The translations under genes were made by a program, and so were the position numbers. Shown one piece after another: positions 7,431 through 16,069 of a DNA stretch of 20,000 bases. The stretch lies in the IMG/VR virus record IMGVR_UViG_3300046534_001898. One strand, given 5' to 3'. The notes beneath the pieces were generated by a model. The model searched no databases and was not told the origin of the DNA. It saw only the letters and a program-made list of their open reading frames with translations. Positions within the stretch are counted from its first letter, which is position 1. Each line of letters starts with the position of its first letter. The DNA is from an uncultured virus (IMG/VR IMGVR_UViG_3300046534_001898). Its lineage: Duplodnaviria; Heunggongvirae; Uroviricota; Caudoviricetes.

Positions 7431-7886
7431 ATGATATTAATAGATAAGAATGGAACCACTGGTTGGTCTCATATGGTGGCATCCACAGTCTCGGAATTGC
7501 ATGATTTTGCAAAAAGGGTAGGTTGCACAAGATTTTCGAACAAGAGAGGTAAATACCAACCTCACTATGATGTTCGGGACGAAGAGTTTGATAAAGCAGT
7601 TGATCTAGGGGCAGTCCTAGTATCGAGTAAAGCGATTATACATTTTTTAAGATTACATTATGGTTCTGATATTTCTCAGGATCGTATCAATAAGTTGGTT
7701 ATGCTTTGGGAGGTGTTTCATTTTGCTCTTAATGAGGAAACATTAGAAACCTCTAGTGATTCCCATAAAGAGAAGTTAAAAAAAATGATGGAATCTGCCG
7801 AGAAGAGATATGATGAATATTCAGAATTTGGATCGGAAGTGGCGGAGTATTTGGCGATGTTTGAATTAATTTCAAAAGTTTTTTAA
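7431..7886 (+). CDS. DUF4031-domain protein
   Basis: WSHMVASTVSELHDFAKRVG...PHYDV...AVDLGAV pattern typical of DUF4031, plus a helical C-terminal extension. Confidence 0.75.
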   Translation: MILIDKNGTTGWSHMVASTVSELHDFAKRVGCTRFSNKRGKYQPHYDVRDEEFDKAVDLGAVLVSSKAIIHFLRLHYGSDISQDRINKLVMLWEVFHFALNEETLETSSDSHKEKLKKMMESAEKRYDEYSEFGSEVAEYLAMFELISKVF

Positions 7887-7892
7887 AAAAAG

Positions 7893-7923
7893 TTTGCCAA
7901 TTAGAAAAACATTCATATATTTG
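7893..7923 (+). promoter_or_regulatory. Bacteroidota promoter (-33 TTTG, -7 TATATTTG)
   Basis: TTTG at 7893-7896, 19-nt spacer, TATATTTG at 7916-7923, followed by a leader hairpin ATTAGGGGAAACGTTCCTTAAT. Confidence 0.75.
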
Positions 7924-7961
7924 CATCCGCATTAGGGGAAACGTTCCTTAATAAATACCTG

Positions 7962-8090
7962 TCCGATGTAGCTCAGTGGTAGAGCGCCTAATATCTCATT
8001 TAGAGATTATGAAATTTTTAGGTTTTGACATTATAAATGATACTACGCATTCCAAGCGGGAGGTCGGGGGTTCGATTCCCTCCATCGGCA
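7962..8090 (+). ncRNA. tRNA-Gly(TCC)-like RNA with a ~57-nt structured insert in the anticodon stem
   Basis: Acceptor TCCGATG/CATCGGC, canonical D arm GCTC-AGTGGTA-GAGC, insert at ~7989-8045, then CGC-ATTCCAA-GCGGG and T arm GGGGG-TTCGATT-CCCTC. Confidence 0.85.
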
Positions 8091-8092
8091 CT

Positions 8093-8329
8093 AAAATTAG
8101 ACATTTAATAGCTTACTCAACTCCAAATATGAAAAACAGCTATTGAGATTACTAATTTTTTAATTAGACACACAACATTAGTGAGACATTTTTTAGCTTA
8201 CTCTACAACTATTAATTGAAAACAGCAGCTGAAGAGATTACTCACTTATAAAATTATAAAACATTGACTTAGACATTTGGTAGCTTACTCAACTCAAATG
8301 TGAAAAACAGCTGCAAAGATTACTAAGTC
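8093..8329 (+). repeat. three tandem structured RNA motif units (~87-nt period)
   Basis: Units at 8093-8159, 8180-8246 and 8266-8329, each with the layout outer stem-ACATTT-(N2)TAGCT-TACTC-loop-AGCT(N3)-(G/A)AGATTA-outer stem; the outer stems covary. Confidence 0.88.
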
Positions 8330-8360
8330 TTTATTATTAACTTTTAATACCCTATACAAA

Positions 8361-10415
8361 ATGAGACATTTTATTACATTTCAAAAGCTTAAAGGAATCT
8401 ATGTAGGTTCTGGAGACGCTAGTGTTGATAACTCAGGACTAGTACACCAAATTAATCACGAACTGATGTCAGTTGGTTATGTGATGGATCAGGAGCTTTT
8501 CCAAACGCTTTCTAAGCAGTCGGAAGAGACTTTGAATGAGGTGTATACTCAGATTGTTGCAGGGATTAGAAAAGTCGTTCCACAAGGAACTTTTGAGCCA
8601 ATCTACAGAAACTTTCCGCAGAGTGTCGTGCAAATGTCACACTTCGAATTTGTTGTTAATGCGATTATGCATTACTGGAGTTTTGGTACATGGAGACCAG
8701 AGGACGCTGAGTACATCAACCGAGAGCTTAAGCTTGAGGCTGTTAACTACAAGGCTGTTCGTTTGATTAACTCTGCCCAATATTTTGGTATCTTCACTAA
8801 CATCCTATTTTCAGTAAATTCTATTTCTGGATTCGATAAGGAATGTGTTGATTTCTACCTTGATAATCACGCAGACAATATTAAGCTTTCTGGAATCAAG
8901 TTCAAGGAGACTTTAGCTTACGTTGGTCAGAGATTAATGGATGCATCTACATCTGCTCTTCCGACAACCGAGAATGGGGAAGCGGTTCTTCCAACTAGAA
9001 ATGCAACAGATATCCTTAGGGTTTATGCTGCATACTCTGGTGGGGATGAAGGTCTGAAAGAGAACACTAAGTTCAAGAAGTTGAAGTCATCTCAAAGAAG
9101 GCTTCTTAGAAATTCGCTTAACAATTCGTACAACTTGGAGGATTCCTTCAAAACGTACCGTGAGCAATGGTTGAGAGTTTTATTCTACTTGAACCCAAGA
9201 CAGTACTCTGAAAGATACCCTAACTTGGGAATCTTCTCTGATGCGTTGAGAAACGCACCAGATTCTCTTGAAACTTTCAATGCTAAAATTGAAAAGTATC
9301 TTAGAAATGAGGATGAGGCAATCTTTGATCTTTTGACAAAGAGAGCTGGTGTCTTTTCTAGAAGACTGGATCATTTGGTTCGAATCTTTGGAAAGACTGC
9401 CATCCAGAAGTATGTTGCTTTAGATAACATCACCTTTACTAACTTAGTTGCAACTTACAACCATTTCGATGGTCGTGATAAGGAGCAAGCTGGTAGGGGA
9501 GTTATCTTAGCTTCGCAGGGCGCTTCTAACGTTGTTAATTATGATGGTTTGGCTCCACTTGACACCAAGTTGGTAACCTACATCAAAGGTGCGATTATGA
9601 CACGTCTACGTGACTTTAAGATTGATGATAACAAGAAGTATTTCATTGATAGATCATTGTACTACACTCCAATGGCGATGAACAACAGAGCTTCCGAGCT
9701 TTCGTTGGATTCAAAAGTGATCGGTGAGTCAGTAATCTACGAAGGAAAGAAGACACTTCGTTTGTATGTTCACTGGGAAGGGCGTTCAGATATTGATCTT
9801 TCAGCATTTATTATCGATAACGAGAATAATGTAAAGAAGATTGGTTGGAACTCTTACCACCATTCAGATGGGTATGTTGTTTACTCAGGTGACAACACAG
9901 GTCTAGAGGATAAGAATGCCGAGTATATGGACATCAACGTTAAGGACGTTCCTAAAAATGTTGAGTGGATCATTACGGAAGCTCGAATCTATAGCGGGCC
10001 ATCTACTTACGCTGACTACAACGGAAAGGCTCATATGGGATGGATGGAAACAAATCACCCAGAAGAAAACTTGCACTGGCAACCTACTAAGTTGGTAAAT
10101 GCTAAGTTGCTTCAAGCTAAAGCTAGCACTGCTTATTTGATGGCATATCATGCCCCAACTAAAAGCGTTGTTTATCTTGACATGGCAATGGGTAGTTCGT
10201 CAGTATCTAATAACCAAGATGCTGTTAAAATGAGAATGTTCTTGGAATCATTCATTAGTTTGGATGATGGACAAGATATTTCTTGGGACAAATTGAATCA
10301 AGGACATTTGTTAGAGCTTAGGCTTCCTAACATTGTAGAAGATTCAAAAGAAGCTGATGTTGTTTTTGATGGAGCATCATCGGTGGATGAAATCTCGACT
10401 CTGATTACGTCATAA
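8361..10415 (+). CDS. large helical protein with a C-terminal TerD-like domain (resembles a RING-less MXAN_6230/SCO0854-type protein; possibly ROT/TROVE-like)
   Basis: PIYRNFPQSV..NAIMHYWS, TDILRV..SGGD, RAGVFSRRLDHLVR; C-terminal LRLYVHW..DIDLSA..YSGD..AEYMDI is TerD-like. Confidence 0.65.
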   Translation: MRHFITFQKLKGIYVGSGDASVDNSGLVHQINHELMSVGYVMDQELFQTLSKQSEETLNEVYTQIVAGIRKVVPQGTFEPIYRNFPQSVVQMSHFEFVVNAIMHYWSFGTWRPEDAEYINRELKLEAVNYKAVRLINSAQYFGIFTNILFSVNSISGFDKECVDFYLDNHADNIKLSGIKFKETLAYVGQRLMDASTSALPTTENGEAVLPTRNATDILRVYAAYSGGDEGLKENTKFKKLKSSQRRLLRNSLNNSYNLEDSFKTYREQWLRVLFYLNPRQYSERYPNLGIFSDALRNAPDSLETFNAKIEKYLRNEDEAIFDLLTKRAGVFSRRLDHLVRIFGKTAIQKYVALDNITFTNLVATYNHFDGRDKEQAGRGVILASQGASNVVNYDGLAPLDTKLVTYIKGAIMTRLRDFKIDDNKKYFIDRSLYYTPMAMNNRASELSLDSKVIGESVIYEGKKTLRLYVHWEGRSDIDLSAFIIDNENNVKKIGWNSYHHSDGYVVYSGDNTGLEDKNAEYMDINVKDVPKNVEWIITEARIYSGPSTYADYNGKAHMGWMETNHPEENLHWQPTKLVNAKLLQAKASTAYLMAYHAPTKSVVYLDMAMGSSSVSNNQDAVKMRMFLESFISLDDGQDISWDKLNQGHLLELRLPNIVEDSKEADVVFDGASSVDEISTLITS

Positions 10416-10436
10416 CTGAGATTTCATGTGGGAGCA

Positions 10437-10469
10437 AAAGAGGGGTGGATTTATTCATCCCTTTTTTTT
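10437..10469 (+). terminator. intrinsic terminator
   Basis: AGGGGTGGA-TTTA-TTCATCCCT followed by a T run. Confidence 0.8.
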
Positions 10470-10504
10470 GCTTTTATGTGTAACTTTTTGTATATTTGTG
10501 CGTT
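10467..10504 (+). promoter_or_regulatory. composite promoter (TTTG/TATATTTG overlapping TGTAAC-N16-CGTT)
   Basis: The 26-mer TGTAACTTTTTGTATATTTGTGCGTT is identical to 18875-18900. Confidence 0.72.
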
Positions 10505-10605
10505 GTGTTTATATACACAAGAAGAAAAAGAAGAAATATGTTTTACATTACAACACCATACGATATGATTTTATTTGAGTAAGTACTCATTTAAAAACAT
10601 ATCAA

Positions 10606-11412
10606 ATGAAAAATCATTCTAAAAACCCACGATACAAAGAGCTTCTTGCTCTTGAAGATCGTAAGTCAGAAATTTGGCAAGCCAAAAGAAAGAATCGCAT
10701 CAAACTTGATGAACCTTATCATCGAGGATACAATCACTCTCTTGTGCCGAGACATGATATCCAAAATCGAGAAGATGCTTGGGTGTTCTGGGCTATCTGC
10801 GAACTTTTTGTTAGAAGCAAATACACAAGAAGACAAAAGCCGTCAACCAAAGAAAAGAAAATTGGTTGGAACGCTCTTCAGTCTTATTACCCAACCGTTA
10901 GAAAAATTTCTGAGGAGGAATACAATAAGTATGTTCCTGCCATCCAGAAACACTTCACTCCTATTGAGTGGGATTACAGACTTGAGCCAGAATACAAGTG
11001 GACTAGTTTTTCTTTTAACAAAGATGACGGTTACTGGAATGATACTGGTAACATCAAAAAAGTTTGGAAAGCCTCAAGAAAAGGATACCAATGCACTATT
11101 CCTTCATTCTATTTCATAACCAAGACTGAAAAGAACATGGTTGAATACGGATACAACGTTGATGAGCTTCTTGAGCAAGAGCTTGCTGAAATCAACGATC
11201 TTCTTTACCGAGATTTCCGTCACGTCAACAAGTGGGACAAGTGGAGCTGTGGCGCTCCTAAACACTTCAGAGAAGCAGTCAACAAATCTAAGTCAGCTCA
11301 TAATAAGCGTGTGCTTAAGAGAATCGTTGAGCTTGATAACTCTGATGATGCCAATCGCCATAATGAAGAGTTTGTTCCTTTCAAAAGAGATGCGGGTTGG
11401 TACTGGTGGTAA
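10606..11412 (+). CDS. basic hypothetical protein
   Basis: 268-aa Lys/Arg/Trp-rich ORF with its own promoter and terminator. Confidence 0.8.
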   Translation: MKNHSKNPRYKELLALEDRKSEIWQAKRKNRIKLDEPYHRGYNHSLVPRHDIQNREDAWVFWAICELFVRSKYTRRQKPSTKEKKIGWNALQSYYPTVRKISEEEYNKYVPAIQKHFTPIEWDYRLEPEYKWTSFSFNKDDGYWNDTGNIKKVWKASRKGYQCTIPSFYFITKTEKNMVEYGYNVDELLEQELAEINDLLYRDFRHVNKWDKWSCGAPKHFREAVNKSKSAHNKRVLKRIVELDNSDDANRHNEEFVPFKRDAGWYWW

Positions 11413-11556
11413 GATTCTATCGGGGTAAAAAACAGTATAATTTACCCCGATAGCAAAAATAGGGGTAAATTATTTCCATTATTTGGAATTTTTAAATATT
11501 GAGATCAAAAAGCAAAAGAAGAAAGTTAAAAAATAAGAAGTTTAGTTTCTAAAATT

Positions 11557-11586
11557 AAAAGGGGTGGAGAAATTCACCCTTTTTTT
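11557..11586 (+). terminator. intrinsic terminator
   Basis: GGGGTGGA-GAAA-TTCACCCT followed by a T run; similar to the 10437 terminator. Confidence 0.8.
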
Positions 11587-11611
11587 GTAACATTTTTTTT
11601 AAATTGCCGTT
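11586..11611 (+). promoter_or_regulatory. ECF-sigma-like promoter TGTAAC-N16-CGTT
   Basis: Same spacing as the other copies; ATG lies 8 nt downstream. Confidence 0.7.
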
Positions 11612-11619
11612 TACTTTTT

Positions 11620-12240
11620 ATGGAATACCAAAAGTTTGATGTAGAGTTTCTTAAAAAATATTGGGAAGCTCTTAGAAATGTAGAAAGACATACTGTTGAG
11701 AGGTATGGTGATAAATGCCCGAAAGAGGTGTTTGTTCGAAGGACATTTAAGAAGTGGTTTTCAGGAAAGACAATTGCTGTTATTGAAAATGAAGGTACTG
11801 GGTGGTTTTCAGATAATCATTCGGAAATAAAGAAGAAAGTGAAAAAATACCTTCAAATTGGAGGTCTTACATACTACTATGGTTATGGAGAAGAGTTGGA
11901 AGTGTATACCTCTAATGCTATAGAAATTTATAAGTTTGGCTCCAATAAGATTGGTTTCAATGATCTTCTTGATATGGAGTTCCAAGAAATTTCCTCTTCT
12001 AAATTTAATGAGGTTGTTGATCTATTTAAAGATGACCGACCTGATAAAAAATTCACTGTTAAGTATTATGATTTTAATAAAAAATCAAACTGTGATATTC
12101 CATCTTTTGAAATTGTAGAAGCAAAAGATGATAGAGAAGCTTTGAAAAATTTTGAGATTGCAAATAAGAAAAACTTAAAAGAAGGTGAAGCTTATAAATT
12201 AATGGCTTCAGAAGCTGTGGAATATGTCAAAGAAAATTGA
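11620..12240 (+). CDS. hypothetical protein
   Basis: 206-aa ORF; no recognised motif. Confidence 0.75.
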   Translation: MEYQKFDVEFLKKYWEALRNVERHTVERYGDKCPKEVFVRRTFKKWFSGKTIAVIENEGTGWFSDNHSEIKKKVKKYLQIGGLTYYYGYGEELEVYTSNAIEIYKFGSNKIGFNDLLDMEFQEISSSKFNEVVDLFKDDRPDKKFTVKYYDFNKKSNCDIPSFEIVEAKDDREALKNFEIANKKNLKEGEAYKLMASEAVEYVKEN

Positions 12241-12529
12241 ATTACAAACATGTGAGATGTGTGGGCGTGAGAGCGTCTGTAATGAGCATCATTTGATTCC
12301 TAAGAAGAATCATCGGAAGAAGAAATTCAAGAAGATGTTTACTAAGGATGAGATGAATAAGACAATCGAAATATGTAAGAGTGATTGCCATAAGGCTATT
12401 CACGTAACCATTCCAGATGAAGGTGTTTTGGGAATTAAGTACAATACTCTAGAGGCTATCTTATTGCACCCAGAAATAGAGAAATTTGTGGCTTGGGTAA
12501 AGACTCAAACAAAGAAAAGTAAGTTTTGA
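12224..12529 (+). CDS. small HNH-endonuclease-like protein
   Basis: CEMCGR...EHHLIPK...ICKSDCHKAIH zinc/HNH pattern. Confidence 0.75.
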   Translation: MSKKIELQTCEMCGRESVCNEHHLIPKKNHRKKKFKKMFTKDEMNKTIEICKSDCHKAIHVTIPDEGVLGIKYNTLEAILLHPEIEKFVAWVKTQTKKSKF

Positions 12530-12555
12530 TGTAACAATTATTTTTTAATTGCGTT
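12530..12555 (+). promoter_or_regulatory. ECF-sigma-like promoter TGTAAC-N16-CGTT
   Basis: Same motif and spacing, upstream of the 817-aa gene. Confidence 0.7.
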
Positions 12556-12598
12556 TAATAAATAATATAAACTGATTAAAATTTAATTACACATCAAA

Positions 12599-15052
12599 AT
12601 GAAGAATTTACTTTTACTAATTTGCCTGTCTTTTGTATCAATTTCAATGGTGGCTCAGAACGATTTCAGCGTAGACGGAACTTTTACGTACACTGAAAAC
12701 GTAGACTTCGATAACCAATACCTAGAGAATCTCTCTACAGGTGGAGTCGCCTTGATTGACACCAATCAGGTAATTGTAATTGACTCCGATGGAGCAGTTA
12801 ATGCAGTGTCTCCTATAACTATTCCTTCAGGATGGAATTATGTAGATCAAAATGGAGTAGATCAAATGTCTACTTTTTATGATTCAGATTTTCCTACCGA
12901 TTGCGCTGTTTTCTATAATAACACTGATTTACTAAAAGTTAATTTGACTACGGGAGTAACTAGTTCGTTAAACGTTAGTGCTGGAATTCCAGAGATTGAT
13001 GATGCAGGTAATAGTACAGGAGCATCATTGACTTTTGATGTTATTCAAGTAACTTATGCATTTAGCTCCTTTTATCTTGTTTCATACAATGTGTTTGTAG
13101 ACGGAGTATATGATAGAAAGACGGCTTGTTTGTTTGATATGGAAGGAGGTGGAGCGTATGCTTCTGACATTTTTGAAAACTACATTACTGGAGACATGGG
13201 GTTATATGATCGAATTGTATATCTCCATTCAGATGTAACTAATAGTGGATCATTTTTAACAATCACAAACAATCTTATTACTAATAAAATTGATTACTCA
13301 GTTGTTGATGATGCCAATCCAATAGGCACAATTAATCTAAGTGACACATACACCGTAACGATTGATAACACATTTGCCACCAACTATAACTCACTTGGGA
13401 TCACTAACCTACAATCTACCTATTCAGTTGGAAATAATAGATGTCTTGTTATGGGGACAATAGGGGCAAATCAGTTTACGGTATTAGAGGCTAACGGAAC
13501 AATTTACTCATCGTTTACTTATCCTCCTTATCTAGTAAATTCACAGGCAACAATTACTGATGTAGATATTTATGATTCATCTACTGGAACAGGGGATTTT
13601 GATCCGTTAAATACTCACGTAATTGCTTTAACTTTTCAAGCAAGTAATTACTTATCACCAGCACCATACGGAATTAGTGTGTTTGATGCTCAAGGATGCC
13701 CTTGGCAGTTTTTCGCCAACAGCTCTTCTGGGTCATGTGTTTTTAATTCACAAGGTTTAGCGGGTGAAGGTTTGAATTTAAATGGTTTAGCAAAAGGAAT
13801 CCAGTTTGATTCCAATGGAAAAATATTAGTGTCAGGAGGAGATTTTGAAACATTTAACCAAGCAGGTTCTAACACAGTGTTTAGGGTTGGGGGGTTTGAA
13901 AGTGGTTCTATTTTGATTTTGGGATGTAATGATGTCTTGGCTGCAAACTACGATCCAAATGCCACATTTAATGACGGTACTTGTGATTACTCAGCCTTCA
14001 ATTTGATTTGCTATGCCTCTGTAAATGCTGATTCAACTGTTACGGTAAATTGGGCAGAAGGTTCAACAGAGTTTTCAGACTTTAGAATTTACCGTGAATC
14101 AGGATCGGTGGGCGTATTTGATTTAGTGTCTACTGTAAATGATGGAGATGACCTTATGAGAAGTTATAACGACACTGGAGTAAACGCTTTTGTTCAAGAG
14201 CATCGATATAAAGTTGTAGGGCTTCTTACGGCTTCTGATACGACCTCTGGAAATACTCCGCTAGCAAACTTATCTCTAGTAGCAGAACGTGGCACAATCA
14301 AGCTTAATTCGCTTCCAGATATTGATAGTCAAATAGTATTAACTTGGAACGCTCCAGCTAACACTCCACTGACTTCTTATTATATTGTAGAGACTGATAC
14401 AGAAACAGTTATTGACACAGTATCATCTAACGTTCTTTCGTACACTGTAATTAGTCCTTCAGTTGCAGGAGATTACTATATTTCTTTTGACGCACCAGCT
14501 TGTGTGGAAGGAAACTCTCAAAGTTTTACAGGAAATATAGCAAATAATCAGAAATCTAATAAAAATAGAGGAACCAATAAAAACTTAGTAGATGGTCTTG
14601 TTAGGTCAAATGCTGATAATGTCATTCGTGGATGCACTTACCAAATTGCCACCAATTATGATCCTCTAGCAACATCTGATAATGGTTCTTGCATTCTTGA
14701 TTGCGAAGATGATTGTCCTACTGACATAAATAACGATGGTGTTACCGATGCAGGTGACTTACTTATGTTCCTTGGAGGTTTTGGAAATTCTTGTGATGGC
14801 AGTGAGTTTGCCGACAATAACTTAAGATCAGAAGGTAGTTTAGAGTCGGTTGTAAAAAGTGTTCTCGATGAAATTGTGTTTTCACAAGATGTAGTTCAAC
14901 TTAGAGAGCCTATGCAGTTCGATATTTACTCAGTTAGTGGTCAGTTGCTAGTTAGTAAGTTCTCTGATCAAATTAACTTTAGACAGCTATCTTCAGGAAC
15001 GTACATTATTGTTACCGAAAGAGACTCTCGATACTTTGTGATCCAAAATTAA
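12599..15052 (+). CDS. secreted protein with a putative T9SS C-terminal sorting domain
   Basis: Sec signal MKNLLLLICLSFVSISMVAQ; two GCxxxxAxNYDPxATxxxGxC repeats; FN3-like segments; dockerin/EF-hand-like CPTDINNDGVTDAGDLLMFLGGFG; C-terminal IYSVSGQLL...LSSGTYII. Confidence 0.75.
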   Translation: MKNLLLLICLSFVSISMVAQNDFSVDGTFTYTENVDFDNQYLENLSTGGVALIDTNQVIVIDSDGAVNAVSPITIPSGWNYVDQNGVDQMSTFYDSDFPTDCAVFYNNTDLLKVNLTTGVTSSLNVSAGIPEIDDAGNSTGASLTFDVIQVTYAFSSFYLVSYNVFVDGVYDRKTACLFDMEGGGAYASDIFENYITGDMGLYDRIVYLHSDVTNSGSFLTITNNLITNKIDYSVVDDANPIGTINLSDTYTVTIDNTFATNYNSLGITNLQSTYSVGNNRCLVMGTIGANQFTVLEANGTIYSSFTYPPYLVNSQATITDVDIYDSSTGTGDFDPLNTHVIALTFQASNYLSPAPYGISVFDAQGCPWQFFANSSSGSCVFNSQGLAGEGLNLNGLAKGIQFDSNGKILVSGGDFETFNQAGSNTVFRVGGFESGSILILGCNDVLAANYDPNATFNDGTCDYSAFNLICYASVNADSTVTVNWAEGSTEFSDFRIYRESGSVGVFDLVSTVNDGDDLMRSYNDTGVNAFVQEHRYKVVGLLTASDTTSGNTPLANLSLVAERGTIKLNSLPDIDSQIVLTWNAPANTPLTSYYIVETDTETVIDTVSSNVLSYTVISPSVAGDYYISFDAPACVEGNSQSFTGNIANNQKSNKNRGTNKNLVDGLVRSNADNVIRGCTYQIATNYDPLATSDNGSCILDCEDDCPTDINNDGVTDAGDLLMFLGGFGNSCDGSEFADNNLRSEGSLESVVKSVLDEIVFSQDVVQLREPMQFDIYSVSGQLLVSKFSDQINFRQLSSGTYIIVTERDSRYFVIQN

Positions 15053-15069
15053 TATTGTATCTTTGAAAT

Positions 15070-15702
15070 ATGGAAAGAGAGAATTTAGATATACAAGAGC
15101 AAGCTGAGAGGCTTTACGGAGATTTCCCTGTATTTCAGGGGAGAGAAAATTCTTCTCACATTACAGAAGATGGTTTAGAGATTTGGGAATCAAGATCAGT
15201 AGCTGTTGTGTTAACAATTGTTTTCTGGGACAAACAAAATAATGACTTCTATATCCCGATGGGAAAAAGAGGTATAGCTTGCCCTGATGAAATTGGAAAA
15301 TTCTCTCTTCCATGTGGATATATGGATTGGGATGAGTCTGCTACCGATAGCGCTTTTAGAGAAACTTGGGAAGAGATAGGTCTTTTTATGGAGAAATTCC
15401 TTTTCATTAATACTTTGAAAGGAAAAGTAGCTCATCAATTTACTGATCAGCCTTGGCATGTAGGTCACCACCCAAATGCCAATAGACAGAATGTTACTTT
15501 GAACTTTGGTGTTGTTGTTGAGTGGGATGATATGGATAATCTCCCAGAACTTACCAACGCATATAATGAGAAAGTTGGTGAAGTAGATGAAATCAAGTAT
15601 TTTAATTTCCATGAATACCTCAAAGGATCATCTGATGATGATATCGCCTTTGGTCACCAACATGTAGTTGAAGGATTCCTAAAAAGATTAGATTATGTCT
15701 AG
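15070..15702 (+). CDS. Nudix hydrolase
   Basis: Nudix box GYMDWDESATDSAFRETWEEIGL and C-terminal AFGH; preceded by TATCTTTG at 15058-15065. Confidence 0.88.
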   Translation: MERENLDIQEQAERLYGDFPVFQGRENSSHITEDGLEIWESRSVAVVLTIVFWDKQNNDFYIPMGKRGIACPDEIGKFSLPCGYMDWDESATDSAFRETWEEIGLFMEKFLFINTLKGKVAHQFTDQPWHVGHHPNANRQNVTLNFGVVVEWDDMDNLPELTNAYNEKVGEVDEIKYFNFHEYLKGSSDDDIAFGHQHVVEGFLKRLDYV

Positions 15703-16069
15703 TGTAACAGAAAAAGAATTTAAGCCAACAATGGAAGAGTTTTGTCAAATGATCTTAGATCAGCAGAACAAAATGGTAGGAGTTAATATCAATGGTTCTT
15801 ATGAAGATGTTGTTGATGACATTAAAAGATTTGGTTATTATAAACCTGATAGTTTAATGATTGATTCTTGGGCGAGAAAAGGCAATGTATTTCAGATAGA
15901 TAATAAATATCTAATTGTCCTTAATAAGGATAATTCAATTAATGCTATTCTAAGTGTTTATGAAATTGAAAGTTGGGTACAACTAGATGGTGTTATTGCC
16001 GCTTCAGGAAACAAATCAATTTTGATCTATAATATTGAGAAAATGAAATTTGCTTATACTTCTTGTTAA
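15695..16069 (+). CDS. hypothetical protein
   Basis: 124-aa ORF overlapping the Nudix stop. Confidence 0.7.
   Translation: MSSVTEKEFKPTMEEFCQMILDQQNKMVGVNINGSYEDVVDDIKRFGYYKPDSLMIDSWARKGNVFQIDNKYLIVLNKDNSINAILSVYEIESWVQLDGVIAASGNKSILIYNIEKMKFAYTSC

Noticed and set aside
7989..8045. Group I or canonical tRNA intron
   Set aside because: Far too short for a ribozyme and located in the 5' anticodon stem; its match to the downstream repeat explains it better. Splicing is not formally excluded.
8093..8329. CRISPR array
   Set aside because: Conserved parts are split by covarying stems, the loops of units 1 and 3 are similar rather than unique spacers, and no cas genes are present.
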